A stretch of 63,557 bases of DNA, the filler included, from Bigelowiella natans CCMP2755 (lineage: Eukaryota > Protista > Cercozoa), in NCBI GenBank assembly GCA_000320545.1. It is 5 parts of 5 records of this genome, joined end to end, with 100 filler letters (N's around TTAATTAATTAA, not from the genome) between each part and the next. Parts side by side here need not be neighbours in the genome. Positions count along the whole stretch, not along the records: positions 11,803 to 40,076 come from ADNK01002397.1; positions 40,177 to 52,427 come from ADNK01001069.1; 3 more parts are not named here. One strand, given 5' to 3'. The translations under genes were made by a program, and so were the position numbers. The notes beneath the pieces were generated by a model. The model had not been told where the DNA came from. It searched no databases and saw nothing but the letters and a program-made list of their open reading frames with translations. Within the stretch, counting starts at the first letter, position 1. Each line of letters begins with the position of its first letter. Shown here one piece after another: positions 27,871 through 41,784 of the stretch.

Positions 27871-30330
27871 TTAGGAGGAGGAGGATGAGGAGGAAGAGGA
27901 CTGCGAGCTTTTCTGCAAGCTTTTCTGCAAGTTTGGCTTATTGTTCGTCGCGACAATCTTCTCGCTTTCCTTCTGCTTCACAACGATGATTGCACACTTG
28001 CAGTTATGCATCTAATGAAAAAGTCATGAAGATAAGCAATAAATTTTGTATTGATTGGTGTGGGTATTTCTAGATTCTTTCTCAACTGACAAAAATTAAG
28101 AATCTAAAGATCTCTCGTAGTAATATTTTTCTTCGTCTTCTGCATTACAACGGCATAGAATGAGATGATACCAAATAATCAGAAGTTGATCCGAGGAACG
28201 CTCTTCCCATGGCCCCCATTCCTTGGCGGAAAATAAAAGGGTGGGGAAGATAGGGAGAAGGAAAGATAGCAGGAAAAATGTAACTTAAAAGACATACGCG
28301 TACCCCAATAACAATACGATTATCCTCAGCACGATTTTAATTATGTGACAAAGATAAAACAACCTCCATCTTCTATTTTTTATCAGTGAAGATGTTCCAA
28401 CTTCGCGTTCATAACATCTCTCTGCTACACTGTGTGGACAAGTGTGTACCCCGACTTCCACATATGAGCATATCTGGCTTTGCATTTTCCGTGTAGTTAA
28501 GGATTGACACTTTGGAACTCACCGCCTATGGTTTTCAGAATGACCGTTTTTTTAAGTATATATTGAACAATTCCGATTTTTTAATTTAGTAGATATTCAC
28601 GTGATGTTGGCAAAATTACCGGTACATCGCACAGCAGCTTTAGTTCATCGGGCTTATAGCCTTACCGAATATATTATTCCGTAATGCAGAGGAATATCAT
28701 TTATATATACTTATGTTGTACACACATCAAAATTAAATTGTATGCGTATTTACTGTTCTAATTTCGGGACGCTTTTGCGGCATTCATGCCACGATTGTAT
28801 TGTCAAAATAAAGTGGGCAAGGGATACAACCAAGACTCCGTGCCAAGGATCCCATTCGCTTTAAAAATGCCTCTCCTGATGATAGCCACGATCAGGATCT
28901 TCATAAATGTGAGCGAGTTCTTGAATGGTTGAAGTAGAGATAAATTGTAATATTAAGTTATTTATCATCTAGGATACTCATGATTGCCAAATGGTTTGAT
29001 GATTGTAAGGTGTGCTGCTTCGTCATAACTTTGGATTTGGTCATTTTCAATGTAATGTGGAAATTCGCTGTTACTGCAGAGTTCTAGTTACGTCTTGAGC
29101 AGAACTCAGCCCATCTTAAGTTCATTTTTTGGCTTCGAAATTGAAACTCGCATAATACCCTTTTCAACAGCCTCCTTCTTCAATAGGGTATTAATCCCGC
29201 TCATCCTCTCGCTACGAGAAGAGAATGGAGGACGAAATTAACAAAAGAATGTATGGGGAAAGAGTCTCGATCTTTGAAACAAATATACAGCGTTGAAGTA
29301 CAGGTACAATACCACTATATATCTATTCTAGCCCATCAACTAAAAGATATGCAGACAGAGTTCCACACTGGAATTTCATATGACGTGGCATTGATATGGG
29401 GTACATATCATATAGTAGCCATCTGTGAAACCTAGTACTATTAGATAGCGTATCCGCTAAAATTAGTTGATTACTTTCGAAAGGAGTTAGCACCAGGAAA
29501 CATCTTTAGAGGCGCGTATCCATAGGAATGAATTAATGTTATCTATGGATGGAATAGGGGGAAAGTATTAGATGCGACGGACTACTGCAAGTATGGAGGA
29601 TGCAATACACGCGAAACGTATGAGTAAATTCTTTAGTATCTTCGGTGTGGTAGACCAACTAAAACCATCTATCCTCTCGATGTACAATGAAATGAATTGT
29701 GATTCTCATTATTGGCTCCGAAAGTACGTGTGCTGACCTTCTTAGCATTTGGAAATATGTTCGCTGCGCTCCAGCGAACTATGTCGGCACTACAGTATGT
29801 AGGTAGGTCATTTCAGACGAATGGCGAATTTTCCTTAGCGTTTTGCCAACTCATTTATGTACGCTAGCATCATCCGACCCGTACTGAGATTCATCAAGCG
29901 CTACAGCAACATGAACCTGATCAAAGAAGTTCAGTGCATATCTGGAAAATGCATGTTTTAACGGAAGGAAGCTTTAAGTCACGTTTCGCCACTCAAACGT
30001 TAGCCATGTAATTAAGAGCAACCTTTCCTCGTTTCTTGTCCTCGTTCATTGATTCTGTTATGTTGGCCTTTTTACTTCGTACTCCATCTTCTTCAAGGGG
30101 GCGCGGAAGTTGCATGGGTTTTGAGTTATGGTAGCGGAGAAGGAATATCGGAAGAATTAACAGCCGAAAATACAGGTTATATTGAGGTGATTTTAACTTA
30201 AATTTATCCCTATTCATTGACGTTTGCTCTTTTTCGTCTTTTTCATTTTTGCTGAAAGTGCATCGTCAGAGTGGGTATTTTTACGTTGGAATTCTCAGGT
30301 ACCCATCCTGGCCAGCTCTCGAGATTCCAT
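27871..30330 (-). CDS. Universal stress protein (UspA domain), multi-exon
   Basis: Exons VHVAVALDESQYG|ADIVRWSA, ITLIHSY, SILNYTENAKPDMLICGSRG|MGAMGRAFLGSTSDYL|MHNCKCAIIVVK, containing the USP G-x2-G-x9-GS motif. Stop TAA at 27871-27873; ATG at 30330. Confidence 0.88.
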
Positions 30331-30844
30331 GACGTGATCTCCGCCTAATCTCCGAACCGAATTAGGAAATAAAATCTTCTCATGATACCAAACTTTTTCT
30401 CTATGACGACAAGGTTTCTTATCACAAATCATAGATAATAGAGTCATTCATAGAAAATGAGAATGACATCTAGTAGTTTGCCGCGTTAAAAAATAACAGA
30501 TACAAAGAACTCAGTGCCTTCTATGCTGCGATCAACCTGTATTGAGTTTGCTTCCTTTTAGACAATTTATGATCCATGAAGTGACTAATCCGTTGTAGCA
30601 TTCAAATGTGCGCAAATTGCCAATGAATGATCGAGAAGGTTTCAACATAAAATCAACCCCGATATTTTAATTAAAACTTATTTGAAAGGGGATATATGAA
30701 AGAGACAACATATTAAATGTGAAATAATTAAAATACGCCTGCTTTCTGCCTATTTGCATAATGCCATTTCCGCCCGAGGGCGGTATTTTGAGGGGACTAC
30801 GGACCTAAGATCTGAACGAGAGCAGAACACCTGTCTAAGAAGCC

Positions 30845-33800
30845 ATGATGTTGCTGCGATGGATCCCTCTAGCTGTATTGGCCCACGCAAGGACCGGTCT
30901 GCATATCTATTTCCATGAGTTTCCTTTTCGAAATACATTTAATGGGATAGGTGGGGAAGTCGAGATGTTGCTGGATTCATGCTATAGGCAATGAAAGATT
31001 AGAATTACTACTATCGTCATCTTTATGTGAAGAATAGGATCGACATTTTCCACTTTTCTAGTTGAGGTTCTGAGTTACATTTATGAAATAATATTAATCA
31101 GGAATCCAAAATGAGATAGAGAGTGGGTTTGTAGCTGGAAGAAGCGGAGATGTGATTCTGATGCCAAAAGATTTGGTATTTAATGCAATGAAACGACTGC
31201 CATATGATATTTTTGTTTCTTCTTTCTTTGAACTTACTTATGCGATAGAGCTAATGCGTCTGTGTATGCATGAGGGGGGAAAGAGAAATAGAGAGGGAGA
31301 GAATATAAAAAATATCTTAACATATTCTCGGTTCCATTTTGCAGCCGCATGACTCATCGATTACACTCCTCGGAGAGGGACATATCGAGTCGAATTTAGT
31401 GCCAGAAAAGGTTTCCATCAACGAGGTTCGAGACATTGCGAGCCAAGCACTTGGTCTCCCAGGACACAACAATCAAGCCTTCGTCAAGGGCGATATGTTC
31501 AATATGCCAACTTTGCAAACGATGATCGTAGTACACGGCATGGGAACTGGTATTTATAATTATTTTCCTAGTTTCTCATTAAAATTGACATTTCCTTGCA
31601 CTCGAATGATCGTCCCGGAGAGCTGGAGTTTTTATTGGTTTTTATTGTTTTCAATCCTTATTTTGTGTTAAATGGCAGATGCAATCAAGTCGCATGGCTT
31701 GAGCAACCTTGCAGCGATGACAGGAAACTCACCAACCATGGAGCTGGAAGATCTGAGCTATCCTCGCGACCCTCTTGCTCTCTCCGTGACTCTGTCTTCA
31801 GGCGTGAATCCAGCTACCCATGGAATTGTTGCTGAAAAATGGCAGTCACAAGGTTATTATTGTTATCAAAGAATAGCCACCTGCTGTTTTTTAAGTTTAC
31901 TTTCTTTCTCTCCCTCTCTCCTCTTCCCGCCCTCTTTCCACCCTTCCTTCCCCTTTTTTAACCGTTCACGTTTAAAAATAAAAAAGAGGATGTAATGACA
32001 TTCGTATGGTATCAACCTTTCGTTTCTTTATTCTGAAAAAATGGATAATTACGTTTTCCACGACAGGCAAAGTGGAACATGCCCTCTCCGACGATCTCCA
32101 TTATGAATCAGCCAACATCGCAGACGTCCTCACCCAGCTCTTCCCAGAGGTGGAAGTCAACACGGAGAGATGAGCACGGATGCTGACGACAGAACAACCT
32201 TGCCTTTAGCTTAGTTTCAAGAAGAGAAAAACCATTCGATGTCGTGATTTTGAACTTATTTTGTGTTTTCAGTCTTTGGCTCTTTCCGTTTCGGGATCGT
32301 GGGCAGAAAGCAGGGCACACGCTCCACACACTACTTCGGCCAACACCAATGCGTACGCCTTCAATAAAGAAGTAATCACCACCACCACCACGGCAACTAA
32401 CTGTAAAGATAAAGGGAGTAATTCTTGACACATGCATGGGCCAAGTATTCTTTTGCGAGTAAGCATATCATCTTGTCTTTGTTGCTGTTGATTGATTGAT
32501 TGGTGTACCGATCAAATAGTCCAAGAAGTTCGAATCGTCTGCATCGGCCTCCTCTGCCCGCCTCCCTTCGCAGCTGTTGGAGTGGTCATTCCACGTAGAC
32601 AACACCGACGCTACAGAGCTCTTTGCCCGCATGAAGCTGCACGGAGGCCACGTGTCGTTCACATCGAATGGGGATTACACAGTCCAGGCGGATCGAAGCT
32701 CTTCCCCTGTGGCATTCAGCGCCCAGGACTCTACCGATATGATGCTCATCGCGGAGATTATGTATTGAGCACGACCGAAAAAATAACGTTCACGAATTTC
32801 GATGAATAGAGTACAATTTTGCTGATGATCGATTACAGCGCCAACAGCGAAAGCTTAAAGTTTAGGCGGTGGTTTTTTTCGAAGCGTTGATTTTGGATTC
32901 TTCCTGTGTTGCAATCAAAAGGTACGCAAAGTTCTTGGCTAGGAAACTTTCCACTAACACCAAGCTACAGAAGTTATTATCCGACGATCATCCTGATACG
33001 ATCACGTTATCTTTCCGCGGCCTTGATGCAGTAGCTCAGAAGTAAGTCTTCTTACCCTTATATATTTACTTACTATTATTATTGTTATTATTCATGATCT
33101 CTCCGCACAATATCATTTCACTACTCAATCAATTTCGGAGCTTTTCTTTTTTACTATTCTTCCTGACTGCTGTGAATCGGCATCGATTGATGGATTGAAC
33201 CTCATTCGTGCTCCTCTTCCTTCTTCTTCTTCTTCTTCTTCCATCAATGCTGTAACGAAGGTATGGCTTGGAGTCCAAGCAGTATGCTGCGGCTCTTAAG
33301 CTCTACGACAGTGCTCTGCCGCTCATCTGCACCTCCTTCACGCAGCAGCTCTCGCCGTCGTCTTCGTCGCACATCGGCCAGCTTGTCCTCATGGGCACCC
33401 CGGTGTTGCTGAACAAGAAGATGATTGAAGAGCAGATGCAGCATTTGGCACTTAGCGTCGACATGGCGTACTTGCCTTCCCTCTACCTCGCACAGGCACA
33501 CTCCGACCCAGCACATGCATGCGAGACTCTTCGCATGAATCTCGATGCAGATTCCTCCTCGAACATCAAGGTAGCAGCAGCAGCTCATGTTCTGCGCTAC
33601 TTACTGCTGCCACCTGCCTCTGCTTTCGGCGGCGGCTGCGGTTAGACGAGGAAACATTTTCTTCTTTTTGTGACAACAATAATAATAATAGCGCAATGAC
33701 GACATCATCATCATCATCGGATGATTAGTTTGAACATTAGCAGTGTTGATACACGTCGGCGTTTGTTTCTTTCCGTTCTAATGTGTGTGTGTGTGTGTGT

Positions 33801-34215
33801 TTGATTTGGTCATGGACTACTACTACTACTACTACATAGACCGTTTGCTACCACGAGCTCGAGAACGTTCAACCAACCGACTCCGTATTCCTCATGACTT
33901 CAGAAACGACGACGAGCTCCGCCACCAACGTCACTGCTGCAGAGTTGAAGAGATTTCAGATCGTGCTGTGGTTTAGCCTCGCGTTCACCTTCACCATCAT
34001 CGCAGCTGTCCTTAGTTTCTGTAATATGAAATTAAACAACACGTGTCACAATGATCGCAAATTAACAACAGCAAACAATAACCATGTCCTTCTCGTTATC
34101 ATCTTTGACCCTGCCTCTTACTTATAATCTGATTGAATTGACAGGCTGCATGGAGTATGAAAGGGACACGCTTCTTTTCTCGAAGCGCCGAGTCAAGGAG
34201 CCCAGCCGCCAATAA
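30845..34215 (+). CDS. ATP6AP2: (Pro)renin receptor / V-ATPase accessory protein ATP6AP2-like, multi-exon
   Basis: Signal peptide MMLLRWIPLAVLAHART; N-domain VRDIASQALGL...KGDMFNMPTLQTMIVVHGM; C-terminal TM FQIVLWFSLAFTFTIIAAVLSF; tail CCMEYERDTLLFSK, resembling the family M(D/E)xxxDSII/LLY tail. Confidence 0.75.
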
Positions 34216-34489
34216 GCTGTGTGGGTAAAGAACACGAAGAAGAATCAACGAAAAAGACAACTAAGGAGGATGGATAGACATCACAACTCGATCACACACA
34301 GCTGATTCAAATTGTAAACCTACGAACATAGAAGGATTTACTACATATCATGAGATAGTGTTTACATTATCTAGTTCAGTCGTTACTCATCGCTGGTTCT
34401 TGAACAAATTATCAACAAAAGAAATATGAGTATCAATTTTTTTCTCAAAGCATGAATCGGTAAGATTATGTCGTCTCTGATGCGCCCCT

Positions 34490-34790
34490 CCCACGTTCTG
34501 CAGCTGCGGCGGCCGTTTCTGCTAGCAGGCATCACATGCGCAAATGTGCATGCTGCGCAGGTCGTCATCCAACTTGTGAAGACCTACTGTAGCGCGCACG
34601 CCATAGCGCAGTGAACCTGCTACTCGCGAGCCCGCACAATGTCCGCATACAATTACGATGTATTACTTACTGCCAATGCAACTACGCTAGTACGCACGCT
34701 GTCTATCTAGCTAGCTAGCTGCCACTTACGCGTGCACAGGTCAGACTAGTGCAGCTGGTTTGTACGTTAGGCGTGCGTGCGTTGTTCTAC
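34490..34790. other. CTAG/TGCA-rich island between convergent genes
   Basis: (CTAG)3 at 34707-34718; dense GCGC/TGCA/CATG. Confidence 0.55.
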
Positions 34791-34886
34791 ATTGATTTAT
34801 TTCGGTACTTCAGCATTGCTGTTTATCATTTTTTGGTGCTATTCCTGGTAACTGCAATGCTGTTGCCCGTCCGGCCATTTACTACA

Positions 34887-35231
34887 TCAGAAGGAGGCGC
34901 GGTGATCATTTTGCGGCGAATTTTCTTGTCCTTATTAAGCTTGGATGTAACAACCGTGCGAATGATCTCATTCGCCTTGTCCAGAGAGGTTTGCAATATC
35001 CTTGGTTTAAAAAAATCACTGCATCAGAACGATAGAATGCAGCCAAAATCTGTGCAAGTGGAATGAACAATCCACTGATATCAATTGATACTGTTGTGCG
35101 GCTTCTACACCGACTAGAGGAATAGTTATCTCGCTGTCGCTGTCTGTGGACCTGAATTCTTTCTTCAATTCCTTGAATCGTTTCGATTCTCGTAAGAGGT
35201 GTGCTCGGCTAAAAGTTTGTATGCGGACGCG

Positions 35232-35271
<40 letters not shown>

Positions 35272-35622
35272 TCAATTTTGGTTCGGGGTGTACGAAGTTT
35301 AAGAGTTGAAAATTATGGATGAAAGAAGCTGAGAGGCCGCTCACTGATGATGATAATACTTTTTCTTGGAGAGCAATAACTCCCTCTTCAAGGTCATGAT
35401 GATGAAGTCCTTGTGTGAGACCTCGTGTCTGACAGTAAGAAACGAGCAAACGGGAGACGAGGGTGATGAAGGCCACGTTTGAATAGATAGCTTTCAGAGA
35501 ACTGTAGTGATGGTACATTCACTTACTCAAGCTTCCGTATCCGTGAGCGCGCGCGCTCTAGTCGCCCTTTGTTTTGATAGGAGGTAGAGTCGACAACATA
35601 AATACGAATTGTAATGACGTTG

Positions 35623-35663
<41 letters not shown>

Positions 35664-36501
35664 AATGCATGCATAGGTTGTTTGAGGCGCATATATGAGC
35701 TCTCAGTGCTAACACCTTTTTGGTGACCGAAGTTGTCCAGGGTGACGTATTTTATAGATGGAGGGGAAGACGATTGAATAGGATGTTCCTCATTTGTTGG
35801 GCGTTTCCATGTATCATTAGGAGGCATTCTTGAAGAACCTTCTTTAAGATCGGAATCTACTTCCCTATCAAGATTTTGTCGTTATTATGAGATACCGCTC
35901 AGTTACGAATTCGTATTTTTGTAGCTGGTTCGTGTTGCTTCACACACGTCGAAACACCATAGGAAAAATCGCAGTCTAGTAATCAAAACTATTGCTGAGC
36001 ACTAGTCCGGATCACTTACTGTCGTCCAACTGCAGGGAGCTGGTGATACATTGAAGCTGGGTGTATGTTCGTATTCTGACAGGGGCAGGCACATTACACA
36101 AACGGATGGTAAAATGGGCTGTTTATCCAAGGTTACCCCTGTTGTCTCGCCCCCGTCATGACGATTCTCGACGTCATGTAGCTGCAGCCGCAACTGCTCG
36201 ATTTTCGACTATACAATATTAAAGCACGATGGAGTTGTCGGATAGATTTGTGTGAATGTACGAGTTAAAACAGCATGAAGTATCTATCGACTAGGTTTGT
36301 GTAAGCTCCTATCAATTCTCAGCGAATCCAATTGAATATATATAATGCCCTGTAAATACTAGGGATTTGCTTCGCAACACGAAAATATGGCAAATGATAC
36401 CTTCAGATCTCCTAAGCCTTCATCCAGTTGTTCAAACCCTTGAAAGTATGAACTGTCCTCTTCTTTCCCGTCTAGCTCTCCTATTTTCTATGAGGGCAGA
36501 T

Positions 36502-36549
<48 letters not shown>

Positions 36550-36638
36550 TGCACGCACCCGCACAAACAACCACATATCAGAACCTTCACCCATAGATAC
36601 CCTGCCACTCGACCAACAAGCAAGCAGCTCACCATCAT
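34887..36638 (-). CDS. Hypothetical multi-exon protein; start uncertain
   Basis: Series of GT-AG-bounded open exons (ELDGKEEDSSYFQGFEQLDEGLGDLK, LHDVENRHDGGETT, RARSRIRKL, DIANLSLDKANEIIRTVVTSKLN...ASF*). No known domain recognised. Confidence 0.5.
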
Positions 36639-36971
36639 CGCGGGAGGGTGTTCCTGTCGGAAGAACCCCGTTTTCTCCTATTTTCGCCCAAATATGTTGT
36701 CGCAGTACAAAAAACGAACCCCTTCTTCCGATAAGAAAAATCAGAAATAGCCTTGAATTTCGATATTTTTGCGAGAATTCGTTACAAAATCGTTGTCGCT
36801 CCCCTATTCCATTTTCCGTTGGCGTTACCCCATTCGGTTCCGACACGCCTAGGTGGCGACTCTCGTCTACAGGGGAGGGGTTTCCGGGAGATGAGCCAAT
36901 TTGGGGATTTCGATCGATTAGCAGAGAATCTGACTTATGTGTAATGACTTATATAGCGACCAAGCGCCAAG

Positions 36972-39444
36972 ATGGTTCGCCGAGTGGAGGTAATCATGCC
37001 ACCTGACAAGGGATATTAATGTCATCATTGCTAATGATACGATTGCCTCTTCATAGGTTATCATATCTAAGACTCGAGCGCCAGGAGTCCTAGATCGTCT
37101 GAAGGTTGGCTTTTTAGTTTTTTAAGAAAGGAAATCTATATAAACGCGTTGACACCCATAAACGCTATATGTCTCCCTTAGCTCATATCTTTCTTGAATG
37201 TTCTACAACATCGCTTGCAGAATTTTCCTTATGTCCACGCACTTACCGTAATCCGTGGAGAGACTTCAGATGTCTTGGTAATATTGTTCCGTCCAATTCA
37301 TACTTGTTCATAGATTACGCATAAACACACACACACACACATGCACATGCACATGCACATGCACATGCACATGCACCCTGAGGGAGAGGGAGGGAGGGAG
37401 GGAGAGAGAGAGAGAGAGATTGTTAATGATTCACTTCCTTTAGCTTCTTAGGGCGTATTGGATCATGGCTCTCACCCAATCATATTTTTTGTAGATATTT
37501 CGGTGCAAGGAGAAGCACGTGCGGCAAGTGGTGTACAACTTAGGCGAAATAGGTGAAAACATTGAGCTGGGGACTGGAGAGGGGGAGGGGACAATTTTAG
37601 TGAGCACTCAAGAACAAGGTATAGTCTTCAGTATACTATTTTCTCAGGAGTGGGTGTAGAATACGGCGTGATCGATGTCGTGAATTTGCAAATGACGAAG
37701 CCCCGGCTCAAATCTAAGAAGTACACGCGACAGTGGAGCACAACAGAGAGGCAAACGATCGAGGAAATATACGAGGTTGATCAAGCACACGTACATTGTT
37801 ATCTTACGCCGCAATGGTTACGAGTCACCTTGTTTGCCAAATGGACTACGAACAAACTAGCAAACGCGCTGTTAACTTAGGTGGTTGATAGCGCCATCCA
37901 TCTGACCTTCGACTACCTTGCATTTACATTCGGTAAGTAGTTCTTGGCTGCGTAGTGAGAGAGCGGCTGAATGCGCAGCTCGCTATTTCCAAAGCGGGTC
38001 TATGCTGATGCCACGAGAAGCACTATCATTCTTGAAGATCACCGTTGTCTTCCTCTCCTCCTGTGTCTCTTTGCTGTATGTTTCTTCAAATCAGTGGCCG
38101 CGATCATCTCAGCCGTTGGACTTCTCACAGACAGTAGTGTGACGGTAGCTACTGTAGTAAGCTGTTTGCGTTAGCATTTAGAAACAAATGAGGATCTAGG
38201 GGCGATGTTGTTCATGATCGAGCTGCCAACATTGCCAATACACTTGCACACAGTGTAGAATTGCTCTTGCCTTGTTCGCTTGGCATTGAAGAGTTTATTG
38301 AGATATCTTACGTACACATAGGTTGTAGCGAGCATGCTCGTGTCTCCGCTGATGGGTATTATCATTATCATATGGCTGCTTAGCTAGCATGCATCAGCAG
38401 TGCGTTTCATGAAGATGAAGAAGCGTGTAGGCTGGGGAAAGAAAATGAAGCTTGGGAAAGAGATATGGAGGGAAGAGGGAGAGGGAGAGGCAAATATCGT
38501 GCACATACAAGGACCATGCTTGTGTCTTATGAGTATTCATAATCGGTGTCGTCGGCCTGCTTTACTCGGCCAGTTTCATCTTTCCCTTGCATTGATTGTT
38601 TTTTTTCCTTCTTCTTCTTCTTTCTTTTTTTCGCTTGGGCTGTTTCGCCATTTGCTGCTATTATGTTCCCCGATGTTGCGGGACTAAGGGCCTATCCTCG
38701 GCATCTCTTTCGGCTATCTGATTGGCGACACCCATATGATGCTGAAGTGCATACGCAACGAACTCGCTGGCGTTCTCCTCACTTTTGCGGTAGGACGAGT
38801 GATCGCCCCTTTACCCCTTCGTTTCTCGTCAAGATAGAATTGAAACTGAGATACCCTTGCCTGTAATGGCTGCCAAGATCTTCACCGTTACTATTTACCG
38901 ACATATTTCATCCCCAGGAGCTCTGATGCACTTTTGATATCATCCCGCGTAATATGATCTCACGCAACGGCCATAACTAACAAGGGAAACGATTTTATCT
39001 CCTTCTCCTCCCCCCCCCCCAACCCCCCATTGATGTTCTTATTTTCTCTTAAGGTTGGATTGGTTGCGGGAGGTTTCGTGCTGATTGACCGGGATATCTC
39101 GTCTCTCAAATCGTAAGACCGATTATCAATGCCATAAGAACCATAGGAGAGGAGGAGAAGTGTCCAATACGCAGTCAGCACAAACACCCTTCTTTCTCAG
39201 TATCATACACAAACAATACCTGTAAAATATGATGCTCCCCACAGAGCCATTGATTCCTCACGAACGGTCTTAATACATATATATGCATTGTTTTCTCTCT
39301 CTCTCAGGCACGAGATGTTGTCGCGCTCTACCGTCGATGGCCTCATCGCAGGTGATGGCAGATAATGTCTATATATTGCTTAGATACCAAGAACCGTGAC
39401 TCTGAACTTCAGTTGGTGAAATATTTAGGAGATAAGAAAGTGAG

Positions 39445-39501
<57 letters not shown>

Positions 39502-39839
39502 TGCTGTATTAGAATGAATCTTCAAAGAACGCATTTCCAAGCATCCGCATCGGATCAAGCTTAAAGCTCGATGTGAATAACCTTAATATTGCATATGCGC
39601 AGGTGCTGTAGTTGCTTCACCTTCTGGAATCGGCGTGGCTCTGTCCGTTGCGGTACTCTACGCACGATATCGCCAACTATTACTGATAATGACAAGATTT
39701 GAAGTTCAAAGAGTTTATCAGAAACTTAGGAGTTGAGAGCAGCATAGCATTAAGTGTCCTTTTAAGCTTCTCCGAACTTACGCGGACTTTTCACACGTTC
39801 TTTCCCATCCAAATCATCGTTTATACTTAATTAAGTGTG

Positions 39840-39926
<87 letters not shown>

Positions 39927-40019
39927 ATAACTCTCAGAACACAAATATTAACTCTCTGGTCGGCGTTGCTATCTCGGCAGCTCTCCTGCCTCCTATTGTG
40001 AATTCCGCCCTCTGCTTGG
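36972..40019 (+). CDS. DUF389-family membrane protein, 3' end truncated by the gap
   Basis: Exons MVRRVE|VIISK..., AIISAVGLLTDSSVT|VVASMLVSPLM|GPILGISFG, EMLSRST, VASPSGIGVALS, SLVGVAISAALLPPIVNS, which are the DUF389 motifs. Confidence 0.85.
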
Positions 40020-40076
40020 GTGACAAATATTTTTGTTCCAAAAACTGACCTCATAACAGAAAGCCCCCCCCCCCCC

Positions 40077-40176
40077 NNNNNNNNNNNNNNNNNNNNNNNN
40101 NNNNNNNNNNNNNNNNNNNNTTAATTAATTAANNNNNNNNNNNNNNNNNNNNNNNNNNNNNNNNNNNNNNNNNNNN
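40077..40176. other. Artificial assembly linker
   Basis: 100-bp N/TTAATTAATTAA/N. Confidence 0.97.
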
Positions 40177-40669
40177 ACTACCATACTACCTTCGTCCCTT
40201 ATAGTTGTCGCCCCTTAAACAATGGCTTCCTTTCCATGCAATTCTGTCATGATGCACCCAACGGCCCATAGCTGTGATATCATCATCATCATCATCATCA
40301 TCAGCAGCAGTAGTAGTAGTAGCAGCAGTCGTGTTGTTTTTATATGATGCTGCCGCTACTGCTGGTTGCGTGCAAAACAAGCTCACGAAAAGGGATAGGG
40401 GGGAGAAACGATGATGATGGTGAAATTGTTCTGTTCCTCGGCCTTCTCCCCTTATCCCTTTTCGTGAGCTTGTTTTGCACGCAACCAGCAGTAGCGGCAG
40501 CATCATATAAAAACAACACGACTGCTGCTACTACTACTACTGCTGCTGATGATGATGATGATGATGATGATATCACAGCTATGGGCCGTTGGGTGCATCA
40601 TGGCAGAATTGCATGGAAGGAAGCCATTGTTTAAGGGCGACAACTATAAGGACCAGGTAGTATGGTAGT
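40177..40669. repeat. Fold-back inverted repeat (about 230-bp arms, about 36-bp loop) at a contig start
   Basis: 40177-40407 is the reverse complement of 40444-40669. Differences are mostly homopolymer-length changes near the contig end. Confidence 0.93.
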
Positions 40670-41718
40670 AAGTAAAGCAAAGCAATCAAGCAAGTCGACT
40701 CTCTCCATGTAGCATGTTCAAATCCTACCTGTGGCCCATCACACCACCAATGAATAATTGAGTGTGTGTGTGTGTGTGTGTGTGCTGAAATATCAAAACT
40801 GAGTACGACTAGCACTACTACATACAAACAAATTGCATTGCATTCCCATTGGCTGCTGCTATTTCTTGAGCTGTTGCTTCCTTGCTTCTTCTTCTTCTTC
40901 TTCTTCTTCTTCTTCTTCTTGCCGCTGCAGGTGTGCGAGATTATAAGAATTCTAGGAGTTCCTCAGAAATCAGACTTTGACGCAGTCATCACAAACACGC
41001 ACGCGCACCGATATGTGATGAGATACTTGCAAGGTCGTCCTGCCAACACAAACAACAACAACAGCAACATCTGTGGCTAACAATCATATCATGCCTGATG
41101 TAGCGTAGGATGATGATGATGATGATGATGCTGACACTGATGGTGATGCCGCCTTTCTGTCTCTCAAATGCGATTGATTGCTGGCTGCCGCTTTGCTTTG
41201 CCGTCGTCGTTTTTACGGATAATAATACACACAACTCGCAACCTCTTACCCATCACCTAGATCACCACCACTTCCACTTACTGCTGCTGCTACCACAACT
41301 ATTTACTACAATTGCTCACTGCTACTGCTAATACCACTACTACTACTACTACTACTACTACCACGGCTGCTACTACTACTTCTACTGCCACTACCACTAC
41401 TACTCCGAGTAATTCTCACTTGGTGTGCTTAATAGGGCTGAGCGACCGGAAGGGGAGCACGTTGACGGAGCTCTATCCGAAGGCAAGCGAGCTCGCGTTA
41501 GATCTCATGGACCGCTTGCTGCAGTTCAACCCGTCGAAGGTAATGAGAGTAGTTGGTAGGTGTTGATTCCCCAAGCTCTGCCTGTTTGCTTCGTCCATTG
41601 CGTGGCGTGGCGTGCTGTGTGGTGTGGTGTGCTGTGCTGTGTGCCGCGATGAGTACGTAGCACCGATGATGAACATGATGATTGTACAGCAACAGTGCCG
41701 TCTCCTTCCTGCGCTATG

Positions 41719-41784
<66 letters not shown>

